DNA of 64,000 nucleotides from Octopus sinensis (GCF_006345805.1 NC_042997.1:6944001-7008000), one strand, 5' to 3'; shown: positions 14,051-26,840, counted from the first letter of the stretch. Numbers and translations are program-made. The notes: generated from the sequence alone by a model not told the origin.

Positions 14051-15532
14051 CTTCATCTTAGGATATTTAATTGAAAGAAATATTCCTAAATGAGCGAAAT
14101 TTGGAACCAAAGCTGTGCGGTGGTTCTACTCATCATCTTCCCTTGCTAACTATTTCAAACGCGATTTTCAACGAGTTGGCAACTATAACAAAGATAGGTA
14201 ACAGATCAACACCTCTACGTAAAATTAAATATTATTGAAATGTCGGGACACTGTACATGAAAACACCTTGGGGATAATAATCGTGGACATGCATATGAAT
14301 ACTGACTATGTGATTTCAAGTAAGGAATAAAGATATATTAAACAACACTGAAAATAAATATATTCACTGCGAGATCTCCTTCAGAAACATTGCGTGAAAA
14401 CCAGCCATAATAATCCGTATGTCATTTTATCGTTAAAGGAGAAAGAAACATTTAAGAAATTACATTTAAAATAATAATTGGAGTAAATATAAACAAAATT
14501 ATATAAATGTCACTAAAATATAGGCACAATGAAACCCAAAGCCATATTCAATACAGCACATATAAGCAATTCCGATGTAATAAGAGAACTTGACCACTGT
14601 AATCTATACTCTGTATTGTAACCATCAAATATAAGAGTACAACATACGGAATACACACTCTAAGGATTCGGCGACAAAAATATGTTTTTCTACACAATCA
14701 AATCTCATAGATTAAATATTCACTTGCATATATGCGCAAGGAACTACAGTATCAAAATCACACATATCTCCCATTCTACATAGCTGATTTAAATACGATG
14801 CATAACGATTTATTCCTCCAAAAATTAAAATGCCATTCACATATACGCAAGCACATGCACGTGTACACACACAAGCACGCGTAGACAAACTTTCTTACGC
14901 ATACAAACACACACCTCATATTGTCAGTAATGAGAGGTAAAATATTAATGTAACACAAACGTTCGACACATATTCTATCCTGCCCAAACACCAAATGCGT
15001 AGGAGTAAGCAGGCATCATGTACGACACATACACAAAAATGCACACTGAAAAGCATACGTGCACACACACACACGCACAGATACACATACACGCAGTTGT
15101 ACACACATTTGCACAGACACATACGCACGTACACAAACTCAAACACACATACACACACACACACTCACGCACCATAAGGCATTGTAACATAGTCGACACT
15201 TCAGAAACTATCAAAAAAGACACAACAGTGACATAACACTAGAAACAAGGCAAAATTGATTTCCCTGGGAACCACAATTTTATAACACGAAAATACAATA
15301 TCATATACTTCTCACTGAAAGTGGAGTGCACCTGTTTCTTCGATGGAATTTCACATGAAGCTATTGAAAATACATGGATTTCAATGTGAAGTGTGATACT
15401 ATAGATACTACACATATATATACAAAATACATACATTTATACATATATTATATACACACATATATATACACCCCATACACACATGTATATATACACACAC
15501 GTATATCTACACACATATATATATATATATAT

Positions 15533-15737
15533 AAAATGTGACCTCGTGTATACCGTTGGCGATTTTTTTCCTCTGTCTTCCCTTCTCTGGATCTTTCCTT
15601 CTCCTATGTTTCCGACGAAGAGCTCCGCTCAAAACATTAAACCCTCTTTCTTCCCTTTTTTCCTGAGCGTCCAATAATACTATATTTGTTATGTCCTCGC
15701 GTTGTTGTGTTTTTTTTTGTGTTTTCTTGTTTGGATT

Positions 15738-15743
<6 letters not shown>
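15533..15743 (+). repeat. Tandem duplication unit 1 (~210 bp) with dead hammerhead motif at 15608-15642
   Basis: gttt-CCGACGA-a-gagc-tcc-gctc-AAAA-catt-aaac; unit repeated at 15940-16147; related to family F2. Confidence 0.85.
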
Positions 15744-15788
<45 letters not shown>

Positions 15789-15794
15789 ATAATA

Positions 15795-15868
<74 letters not shown>

Positions 15869-15939
15869 TATGTACATATACATATACATATATATATGTA
15901 TATATTTATATATATATGTACGTATGTGTATATATATAT

Positions 15940-16142
15940 AAAATGTGCCCTCGTGTGTACCGTTGACGATTTTTTTCTTCAGCCTTCCCTTCTCTGGATC
16001 TTTCCTTCTCCTATGTTTCGACGAAGAGCTCCGCTCAAAACATTAAACCCTCTTTCTTCCCTTTTTTCCTGAGCGTCCAATAATACTATATTTGTTACGT
16101 CCTCGCGTTGTTGTGTTTTTTTGGGTTTTCTTGTTTCGATTA

Positions 16143-16147
<5 letters not shown>
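15940..16147 (+). repeat. Tandem duplication unit 2 with dead hammerhead motif at 16015-16048
   Basis: Highly similar to 15533-15743 and separated from it by (TA)n. Confidence 0.85.
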
Positions 16148-16234
<87 letters not shown>

Positions 16235-16440
16235 TATATATACATACACATATATATGTACATATACATATACGTACGTATATATATGTATATATTATAT
16301 ATATATATATATGTACGTATGTGTATATGAATATATATATATATATGTGTGTATGTATGCATATATGTATATATGTGTGCGTGTGTGCGTGTGGGCGTGG
16401 GTGTATATATATATATATATTATATATATATATATTATAT

Positions 16441-16483
<43 letters not shown>

Positions 16484-16559
16484 GTATACATAGACACATA
16501 TGTTGTGTTTCGGAGTGGTCATTCTTTTCGCCAAATAAACTCATATATGTATTTTTCTT

Positions 16560-17100
16560 CACACGCTTATTTTGTCGACTCGTTATCATTTTATTCTTTT
16601 AACTTATGTCCATTGTCCGGCAATCTTTCGCCACACATCTGTGACCTCTTCAGTGAAACTTCTTGTTTCTGTGTTTGTTCTTGCTCCATTTACTCCATTC
16701 TGTTTTTCTAAGATGTGTATCCGTATATGCACATGTGTTGGTGTCTATGGTTGCTTGTGTGTGTGTGTGTGTGCGTGTATGTGTGCGTATGTGTGTGTGT
16801 GTGTGTCTGTGTGTGTCTGTGTGTATGTGTGTTTATGATTGAGTGTGGGTCAAAGATTTTAGCAGCAGTGTGGCCTTCGCCTCGGCCCCATCCTCTTTCC
16901 ACGTTATGATGCTGCTGTCCTAAGACCCGAAGCAATAGTACAGTTCAAGTCTTCCGCTGCATGTGTTTACGCCCACTGTGTTGCCATCGTGGTAGTTATT
17001 GTTGTTTTTGTTATTGCCATCCTTGTCACTGGCCTTGCTTCTGTGGCTGTTAATTGTGTTACTGAGATTGTTGTGGTAGTCCATGAACTTTCTTGCTCGT
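16560..17100 (-). mobile_element. PLE-type dispersed repeat, homologous to 7690-8220
   Basis: Minus strand CTGAAGA-g-GTCACA-gatg-TGTGGC-GAAA at 16626-16653; flanks align with 7690-8220. Confidence 0.65.
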
Positions 17101-17329
17101 GTGATTGTGAGTGTGTATATATTTTCTTCATATATTGTACTTATACATGCCCATTAAACAGATTTTTCTCTATATCTTAGTAATAAAAATAATGATGATG
17201 ATGATGTTGACGATGACGATGATGATGATGATCTACATGATGATGATGATGATGATGATCTTACCTGATTGGAAGTGTTATCATGTACATTATTTTGTCT
17301 TGGTATAAAAGATAAGCTACAGCAAATAT

Positions 17330-17757
17330 TCTGCTCATTACCACAGATTTGCTTGTCAGTTGTTTGACCGTAACCAGTTGAACTTGTCCCTTAGTGGCTG
17401 ACGATGTGTGCATATCTGATCACGAGCAGATGAAGTGGGGGAGCATCATAGCCGTGTGTTGACAGGAATTCTTAGAGGTTTGGATAGTTCACCTTTGGAT
17501 ACATGGGTGGTTCGTTCAACATCCTGAAACAATCCTTATTCAGGGACATTTTGATCGGGACCAGAAGAAAATTCTAACTGAGCCCCACCTGCAAGGTCAT
17601 TCGCTGCATATCTTGATATGAGTTCACCATGTCGCGCACATATGGTTGTGATGCATGTGCTTGATGTACCCTTATCACACGGGTAGTAATGATGGGTATA
17701 CTGGGCACCGTATATTTTACCCCAGTGTCACTTTTGTGACATGCACTGCTTTCTCAC
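17330..17757. mobile_element. Probable SINE-like dispersed repeat, class unresolved
   Basis: GC-richer non-coding block (cccttagtggctgacgat..., gggggagcatcatagcc...) that I recognise as a common octopus-type repeat; flanked by (GAT)n. Not verifiable within the window. Confidence 0.4.
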
Positions 17758-17759
17758 TC

Positions 17760-17782
17760 AATAATAATAATAATAATAATGA

Positions 17783-17813
<31 letters not shown>

Positions 17814-17816
17814 GAT

Positions 17817-17872
<56 letters not shown>

Positions 17873-18058
17873 AGTGATGGTGGTGGCGGTGGTGATGGGG
17901 ATGGTGATAGTGATGATGATGATGATGTGATGATGATGATGATGATGATATGATGATGATGATGATGATGATGTGATGATGATGATGATGGTGGTAATGG
18001 TGGTGGTGGTGGTGATGATGATGATGACGATGATGATGATGATGATGATGATGATTAC
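17760..18058. repeat. (AAT)n/(GAT)n/(GGT)n trinucleotide microsatellite
   Basis: Directly visible; source of the poly-M/D/I ORFs. Confidence 0.95.
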
Positions 18059-18084
18059 ATCGAAAAATACCTTAGCAATGAGAA

Positions 18085-18215
18085 CCCGGGTTCGAAATTT
18101 CCCCAAGACACTTGAAGAAAGCTGGATAGTATATCAGGCGAAACGTTATGTTAACAACAAGCAAGATGAGGACAAATATCCGTCGAATGTAAATACTATA
18201 AATAATGTTTTATAT
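18085..18215 (+). mobile_element. PLE pLTR fragment with degenerate minimal hammerhead at 18107-18152
   Basis: gacac-TTGAAGA-a-agctg..caggc-GAAA-CGTT-atgtt-aacaacaagcaagatgagga; same family as 2620-2760. Confidence 0.7.
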
Positions 18216-18296
18216 ATCTTTTTTCTACTAACAGTTTCTTATTTCCCTCTGTATTCCCTATCCACAACAATACGAAGTCAAATATTTTCTTACACC

Positions 18297-18344
18297 ATCT
18301 CTGATGAAAGTATATCCATAATATCCCAGAAACAGCAGTAGACT
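18297..18344 (+). ncRNA. Degenerate hammerhead motif, same family as 6625-6672
   Basis: atct-CTGATGA-a-agtatat-ccata-atatccca-GAAA-cagcag-TA-gact; helices I and II are damaged. Confidence 0.45.
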
Positions 18345-18420
18345 ATTTCAATATAAATGTTCTGAAAATTCCTCTCGGCCTTGGATTTATCTCATTCGGT
18401 CTAATATATGTATATACAGA

Positions 18421-18453
<33 letters not shown>

Positions 18454-18491
18454 TTTGATAGATAGATAAACACATAGATAGATATACATAC

Positions 18492-18557
<66 letters not shown>

Positions 18558-19816
18558 CACCCACACTCACACACACACACACAGGCACATATATATGCAG
18601 ATGTAGAGTATTTAGAGAACGATAGTTATGCCCAGTGCGTAGGATTACTCAGCTTTTCGCATCTAATAGGCGCGTAGGTCTACACTCGTGTCGTATGTCT
18701 CTGACGACACGTCAGCTAAGCGAGGCGCTTTACGGACGCGAAACCCCGCGTAACCATATAAACCGGCCAGAAATTCATCTCTCTCTCTCTCTCCTGCCGC
18801 TCTCTCACGCTTGCAATATTTGCATATGTGTGTACAAATATGTGTGCGACTGTGTGCGTTTTTATATGCATATTAAATATAATTACAAATCAAACCCATC
18901 TCGGAAGAACCAGAAGAACAAAGAAAACTTAGAGAAAAAATGTCATTAGAAAAAATGAAGATGGAAATAGAACTACTTAAGCTGAGAGCTAAAACGAATG
19001 AAGAAAAAGTAAAAACCATAGACGAGGAAATCAACGAAGAAGTCATCAAACTAATAGACGACAACTATACTGAAACATTAACAGCACTATGGAATGAAGA
19101 ATGTGAAAAGAGGAACTTAAGTCCCTCCAACGATGGGAAAAGAGCGCCATCTGGTTTCTAGATAATGAAACCAACTTCAAAAATGAACACATATCCAACA
19201 ACCCCTTCATAAAATTAAGCAAATCAAAACCAAATACCAATAGAACGGAACAACCACCAAGAAATCCTACCACACTCTACACCAGAAAAGTACACCTAAA
19301 ACACACCCCACACTACATACACCAACCCCAAAACACCTACAGAGGCCCACCACACCAGTTCGAAAATAGACATACCAACAGAGCAGAACAACCACCAAGA
19401 AATCCAAACACACTCTACACCAGAAAAATGCATTTAAAACGCACCCCACACTACCTACACCAACCCCAAAACACCTATAGGGTCCCACTACACCATTCCA
19501 CGAACCTAAGAGCCACAACATACAATACTATAAAATACAACCCACATAACCAAACCAAAACGCTACTACCAAACATCCACCCCAGGAACCAACCATACAA
19601 CCATAACAAACAACAAATGCACTACGGAGGAAACAACTACCAACACAATACACCTGAGGAACTAAGACGTAACACTAGGTTCAACAACAGACTCCAGAAC
19701 AGAGCACCACAAACTCACTCTGACAATTATAACAACATGAGACAGATAAATAATAGCTTTGAACATAACTACACCAACCATTTTTTAGACCCCACACACA
19801 GGAACAGGGACACACG

Positions 19817-22056
19817 ATGGCAAAGGACAAACAAAAGAAACCTCAGGTAATTAAGATAATCAATCTCTCAAACAAAGAACTTACACCTAACGAAATAAGC
19901 ATACTCTCCAAAGGACTTAAATTTACACCCACCCCACAACGTTCTAATTATTATGAAATGAAAGATGATATTTCGGAATTTTGCAGAAAACTAAGACTCA
20001 CCGAGGCATTTCAAGACAAACAAATAGAGGAGGACTCAATAGCTAGAAACAAGAGCAATTACACCCCCACCAAAGGTAAGAATAAAGCCTTAGACCGCTA
20101 TTGTGACTACATAACTAATTTCCCGTTTCAAATTCAAGAAAACAAAAAACACAGCCCTAACTTCAACAAAAGAGAATGGAACGACCTCATCAACCTAAGA
20201 GAAGACAAAAAACAATAACAATTAAGGAGGCAGATAAGGGCAACGCGATAGTAATAATGAATACAAACAATTATAAAAATTTAGTGCTATCCCTATTAAG
20301 AGATGAAACGTATTATGAAGGGGCCCAACAGTATAACCAGCAAAAAATAATGCATAACCTTAGGACATTAATCAACACATACCAAGAAGGACTCACGAAC
20401 AAGGAGTATTAATACATCACTAACTTCAAATGCAAATCGAGTTTGTTCTATGGTATCCCTAAGGTACACAAAAGCCAAACCATTAGAGAAACGTGCAAAA
20501 ATCCACCGACACACTCATCAAAATCCCTTCACCAAATGATCTTAAACTAAGACCGATAATAGCAGGCCAGCATGTGAAACTCACCGCCTCAGCAATTTCT
20601 TAGACACACTTCTTAAACCTTCCTAAAACACATCAAAAGCTACGTAAGAGACGATATAGATATGCTCAACCACCTCCCTAAAACAGTCAATGAGAAAACC
20701 CTTCTAGTATCATTCGACGTAGTTAATCTTTATTCTAACATCCCTCACAACCTAGGAATAGAAGCAATCACCTTCTGGCTGAATAACTACCCCTTTGAAC
20801 TCCCAACTCGCATAAACAAAGACCTTATAATAGAAGGACTTAGATTCATTTTAGAGAACAATTATTTTATTTTTGACAATGATTTCTACAGGCAAAGATC
20901 GGGAACAGCGATGGGCACGCGTACTGCACCATCTTTTGCCAACCTAGTGATGGGATACCTCGAGAAAATACTATACCGGATGACACTCGATAATATGGAA
21001 ACACCTTCGCCACCTATATCCATAACAACTGGAAAAGATACCTCGATGACTGTTTCATCATCTGGGACAAAGGCATAGAGAAACTTGAGGAATTTAAAAT
21101 TCTATTAAATGGAATAAATGACAATATACAATTCACGATGGACCACAACGAAAAAGAATTACCATTTTTAGACATCCTCATTAAGATAACCGGCAACAAA
21201 ATAGAGACAGATATCTACTATAAACCGACAGACTCTAAACAGTACCTACCCTTTGATTCATGCCACCCACGACACACTAGAATGAATGTCCCTTTTTGTT
21301 TAGCTAGAAGGATTTGCACCATAATATCAGACACAAACACCCGACACACACGTCTCCAGGAACTTAGAACCACACTCACAAATAGAAACTATCCACAGCC
21401 CCTAATAGACAGTGCAATCCAACGGGTACTTAAATTAAGTATAGAAGACCTGAGACAAACAAAACCAAAAAAGAAAGAACAATTAAAAACCCTTCCCTAC
21501 ATCTCTACACACAACCCACTCAACAATGAGGCCTTCAACACCATACTACAAAGCACAGCCCTACTAAAGGGAGACCCAAAGATGAACCGATCCTCGAAAC
21601 ACACACCATCATTAAAAGTAAACGGCAACCAAAATCCTTGAAAAGGATTTTAACCAAGCTACACTGCACTCAACATCAACCACAAAACCAGCAGTTAGAA
21701 AATGTGGAAGGCCCAACTGCGGAATCTGTGTCATCTTGAAAGAAGGATCAGAATTTATACTGGAACAAGGCCACCAGTTCACCATTAGAACAAACTTTAC
21801 CTGCGCATCAGAAAACTTAATTTACGTCATAACATGCGCAGGCTGCAATAGGCAGTATATAGGCCATACAAAAAATAGCTTACGTAACAGGATGGCGGTG
21901 CATAAATCACAAATTAGAAACCCTGATTACCGCAAAATACCGGTCAGCGGACACATAGATAGATGTGTTGGAAATAACCCGCTCTATAAATTCAGTGACA
22001 ACGCAACCTTCACACAACGCCAAAATAAAGAACTATATTTCATAAAAAAAATTTAG
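19817..22056 (+). pseudogene. PLE RT + GIY-YIG coding region broken into at least five ORF pieces
   Basis: Track ORFs 19817-20218, 20176-20412, 20662-21078, 21138-21641 and 21736-22056 are colinear parts of one PLE polyprotein. Confidence 0.9.
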
Positions 22057-22259
22057 ACCAAGTTTAAACACCCTGGGCCAGGAATACTAAGACAAAAGAT
22101 AAGTCCTCCGAAAAGGAGAACCAAATTTCACCACGGCCGCTACTTCAAACAGACACTCACTCTAACGGAAATATGCCTTAGTAAAAAAGGGAAAAAAAAT
22201 TTTTCGTGCAAATCTGACCCTGATACATACGATACAGCTAAGGGTCAGACCCGATTCTG

Positions 22260-22630
22260 ATTGGTCAACAAGTTGATGACGTCTAGCTCTGCTAGAATGG
22301 ACAGGATACAAACAGGGGACAGTCATTAGTCAGAATATTGATGACGTCCTTTTCTGCTTGAATAGTCACCTAACAAGTACAGACAGAGGGCAGATCTAAT
22401 GTAGCTATAAGTCGTGATTGGGCAGAATCTGGATGACATCCCGCTATGCTTGACTAACGAAGCGACTGGTCAAGACAGGAAACAAACAAGAGGGAGTTAT
22501 AATGCAGCGATTGGTCAAAATAATGATGACGTCCCGTTCCACTTGATTAAAGCCACCTAACGAAACGATTGGTCAAAACATTGATGACGTCACGCTACGC
22601 TAGATTGACCACCTAACAGGCATTATAAAA
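22260..22630 (+). promoter_or_regulatory. Array of five ATTGG-N12-TGACGTC modules plus TATAAAA: candidate PLE pLTR promoter/enhancer
   Basis: ATTGG/ATTAG at 22260, 22325, 22417, 22510, 22568; TGACGTC/TGACATC at 22277, 22342, 22434, 22527, 22585 (last is a full TGACGTCA); TATAAAA at 22624. Confidence 0.6.
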
Positions 22631-22950
22631 CCAAGCATTTCACAAAAAATCACTAGAACCACCCAGCGAACTTCCACCATGGGTCATCACAATTGCTTAA
22701 GGTAAAAATGAATTCCTCGCTCTTTCGGAAACATCAATCTTCTGTATTGACCGCTTTCAACCACTTTGATCTGTTCTTTGTATTGAATACGTATCGCCAC
22801 CGTGGGCCACTGCATCGAACACTTTGAACATATACTTCAAACTATATATCAACTATACATGAACTGTAAGATGTCTGACTCCGTTGTGTATTATAAATGA
22901 ATTTCTTGTGTTTGACGGCATGAGCTGTCTCTTTTTATATATAACTTTTT

Positions 22951-22990
22951 TTGATAAGGTTCATTTCAGGAACTGAAACATGTTATAATG
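22951..22990 (+). ncRNA. Degenerate minimal hammerhead relic in the PLE 3' pLTR
   Basis: TTGATAA-ggttc-atttcag-gaact-GAAA-catg-TT: helix II 5 bp, palindromic helix III ACATGT; core mutated and helix I lost. Confidence 0.4.
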
Positions 22991-23048
22991 TATATATAAA
23001 AATTAAAAATTGTATAATACAGCAGCATTTTCGAACTTCATTTTTTAC

Positions 23049-23106
<58 letters not shown>

Positions 23107-23255
23107 ACGTATATATGTGTGTTTATTCGTATATATATGTGTATATGTATGTCTATATATATATATATAGGCTATGCCTACCCCCAAAAAGTCCCCCACC
23201 AACACCCCTTTAAACCTGCCTAAATGTATAAATGCCAATACAATTCTTGTTAACT

Positions 23256-23306
23256 AGCTTCCTGAAGATTTCTCTTGAATGAAACAGTTCTAGTCCTGTA
23301 GAAGCT
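23256..23306 (+). ncRNA. Type I hammerhead ribozyme candidate with intact core
   Basis: agcttc-CTGAAGA-tttc-tctt-gaat-GAAA-cag-ttctagtc-ctg-TA-gaagct: helix I 6 bp, helix III 4 bp, GUA site, helix II 3 bp plus U-U. Confidence 0.7.
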
Positions 23307-23389
23307 CCTTCTATATAATAAATTAATTTTACTCTGCTATGTATTGAGTGCCTTATTTACTGTGGTTAACCCCGAATCAACCCGGGACC

Positions 23390-23448
<59 letters not shown>

Positions 23449-23452
23449 ATAT

Positions 23453-23506
<54 letters not shown>

Positions 23507-25477
23507 TACACATACATACATTTGAAAAAATGATAGATTATAGGTCCCTCACATTGCTCAGAAAGGCATAAAATATACGTCTAGTGTAATTATAGAGTTT
23601 TGTCTTCCAGACATTGAATGTTTTACCTCATTTATACAATGCCAGCTGAAAACGAAGGCATACTATCTTCGACAAGATTAAGTATCACTGTATGACAACA
23701 TCCATATAATTTTTCTACCAATCAACTTGAGAGTAGCAATCAAGCAATCGATCTTGTATTATCTTGAAAGACTGCTTGTAAATAACAAGTCTTTTGATTG
23801 AAGGACGAGTTGTAGCTGAAGCAAAGCTCAAAAGAAATGTACTTGTTTGCGTACGAAGTTTCGGAATTAGTGATAATGAAATATTTGCATTAAAAATGAA
23901 AACAAACACTTCAATTAGGATTTATCAACTTTGATGAAAAAGCACAATGAATATTCGAATGAAAAATATTTCCATGCGTGCATAACACGTAGCTTTGATA
24001 CAATTTGGTTCTTCTTTTAAATACAACGCAGATGCAAGTTAATTTACTGAGCTTGCACGAATGTTTGTGCTAGACAGGTCCCGATTGAAGGTCAGGCATC
24101 AGGCCCAAAATTCTCTGAGATTCACTATAAGACCACCTTGGATTTATTCGTTTGTACCATCTCCGGAAAAATACAAACAAATTTATCTTCGAAGGAATTT
24201 TAAGTCAGGGTGTGCAATGTCTGGAACAACTGTGCTATTTCACTTATTAACTTGTTGTATGGGTATTTTCTATACAAATCACCACGTATCCGAGGCTCAT
24301 TGGGATTTTCTAGTATTAAATACCGAGAGAGAGAGACCATAGGCGCTTTGCGTGAAGCGTTAGAATATCTTTCAAAAACACTCCATTTATACTTATGTAA
24401 ACGATGTTGTTGAGATTCACTTTTTGTATTCAACTCGATATCTTCAAGTGAAATGTGTAAAGAATGAAAATGCTATAAAAGATCACACAAAAACAATTTT
24501 AATCACTCATTCATTTAAGAAAATATCTTAAGTTAAACAAGAAATAGATTTTATTAACTAATTATCCCAGTAACCAGATGTGATATGACAGTAGGCATTA
24601 AACAGAGAGGAATAATAGCGGGGATGAAATTTGTTGTAATCCATTAGGTTGTTACCACTGTTTAGTTTGTTGGAGTGCCTTGCTGTGTAAAAAGAAAAAG
24701 AAAAGGAAACTAACACACTGGTTACTAAAGAGAAAGCCTATTCAATGAGAAATGATCATATAATCTCTCTCTTAATTTCTCTCTTCCTTCTATTGGTAAA
24801 TTACTTCGTAGCACATGTTTGTCACCATTTAATTTTCCAACCCGAAATTCTGTTTCCAGAATTCATGGAACGTTTCCTCAACTTTTATATGTACACGTTG
24901 TTATGCATCCTGTTTTTCAAAACATCTTTTCAGTTCTTCCTCTCATTTATTGTTTGGCCGCCGTGTAAACTTAAAAAAAACATCCCCGTATATACAAAGA
25001 CAGAAAAGCAGACTAGAAAACATAACACATACACATTCTCACACACATAAATATGTGTGTGTGTGAGAGAGACAGAGAGAGATAGTAAGAGAGTGAGAGA
25101 GAGAGAGAGAGAGATAGTAAGAGAGTGAGATAGATAATGTGCTTATATTTACGCTTTCCGCAAGTCGGCTTATACCAAGTAACGGATGAATACAACATGA
25201 AAAGCAGTTAAATCTCAACAGATATATTTTTCAAATAGTAAACAAAAACAGGAACAATAAAACAAGAACTTCTTTTACATGTAAATCTTGAAGGAATTGT
25301 TATGTTTCATTAATATGATCTAAAATAATAAACATTCTAATACACAAAAGATTATGAACCCACCACACGCACACTAATACCTATATACATTTACATATAG
25401 TAAGGCTGTATTTATAAACATAGCTACGTCTAGTATCTCTCTTTCTCCCTCTTTAATATAAAATAAATGCGCCCTTT

Positions 25478-25713
25478 TAAAGCCTAGCCAGGCTCATAGG
25501 CCTGGTTACCCAGTTTCTATGGCATATGTGATCACCAGCTGGACGGGACGCCAGTCCATCGCAGTGGTACTCAATTTTGCCAGCTGAGTGGACTGGATCA
25601 TCGTGAAATGAGGTGTTTTGCTGAAGAACAACGCGTCACCCGGTCCAGGAATCGAAACGACAATCTTACGATCATGATGCTGACACACTAACCAATAAGT
25701 CACGCGCCTCCAC
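25478..25713 (-). mobile_element. tRNA-derived SINE with Meta/V-domain-like core
   Basis: Minus strand: A-box-like tgacttattgg, B-box-like gtttcgattcc, core ctgcgatggactggcgtcccgtccag...tatgccatagaaactggg. Domain name is from memory and unverified. Confidence 0.8.
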
Positions 25714-26118
25714 TTCTCTCTCTTTACGTATAAAATAACAATGACTGCGTGCTAAAAAAAAATTGTTTCCCGTCAACAAGGATTCTGCTTTATTCCCACT
25801 CTGTGGCAGATTGGACAGTTGTAACCACGGGCCAACCAAAGAATTGTGACTAGATTTCAAAGACGCAAGCTGAAATAAGATTGTACTGCGTGAATGCATG
25901 TGTATGTGTGAGTGTGCGTGTTTGTGTGTGTGTGTTCGATCTTATCAACTAGCACCGCTTGAGAACTTGGATTGGTGTGTTTAAATACCATAAACTTACA
26001 GATTCAACAAAGTAAACGATAACATAATAACCAGTTGAAATATAAATTAATTACCGGCGTCTGTTCGACTAAAATTGTCCGGCCGTGCCTAGCGTTGTTG
26101 AACTGGCTGAAACAAGTG

Positions 26119-26213
<95 letters not shown>

Positions 26214-26644
26214 CTAATATATATATATATATACAGATATATATATATACTCTATATGCATAAATATATATACATATACATATATATGTATATAACACAT
26301 ATAGACGTATGTACATATTGCACGTATGTATATATATATATATATATATATTGTAATTGACTTTCGAGATGATTCATGAGTCAATCCATATATATATATC
26401 TTATATATATATATATATATATCATGGAAAAAATCAAGAATAAAAATGCTAAAATAATATTATACAATTATTTCAGTACTGGTTTCAGTCATTCAGAGTT
26501 CTTCAACTGTGACAATTAAACACTTAAATTTAGAAAAATTAAAAGAAAAGTTTCTTAAAAGAATATTTGTATAGTGCTCAAATACAAGTGGCGTTTTCTG
26601 TTGTTTACTCTTGTGGTTTAGAGGTCGTTGTGAATTCTTGGTAG

Positions 26645-26840
26645 GGAAGAAGTAGAAGATGAAGAGAAGAAGAAGAAGAAGAAGAAGAGAAGAAGAGTAG
26701 AAGAAAGAGAAAAAGAAGAAGAAGAAAGAGAAAAAGAAGAAGAAGAAGAAAGAGGAAAAAGAAGAAGAAAAAAGAGAAAAAGAAGAAGAAGAAGAAGAAG
26801 AGAAGAAGAAGAAGAAGAAGAAGAAGAAGAAAAGAAGAAT
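26645..26840. repeat. (GAA)n-rich purine tract
   Basis: Directly visible; abuts the 3' end of the RLE LINE. Confidence 0.95.

Larger units (their letters stand above)
18880..23040 (+). mobile_element. Neptune-type Penelope-like element (N-terminal region, RT, Cys linker, GIY-YIG, 3' UTR/pLTR), inactivated by frameshifts and stops
   Basis: IINLSNKELT..LSKGLKFTPTP; KEADKGNAIVIM; LVSFDVVNLYSNIPH; RQRSGTAMGTRTAPSFANL; LPFLDILI..DIYYKPTDSKQYLPFDSCHP; CGRPNCGIC linker characteristic of Neptune; LIYVITCAGCNRQYIGHT..HKSQI..GHIDRC (GIY-YIG with CCHH). Confidence 0.92.

Noticed and set aside
22260-22600. Repeat-spacer appearance reminiscent of a CRISPR array
   Set aside because: Eukaryotic context, degenerate repeats, irregular spacing, no cas genes; better explained as a transcription-factor motif array.
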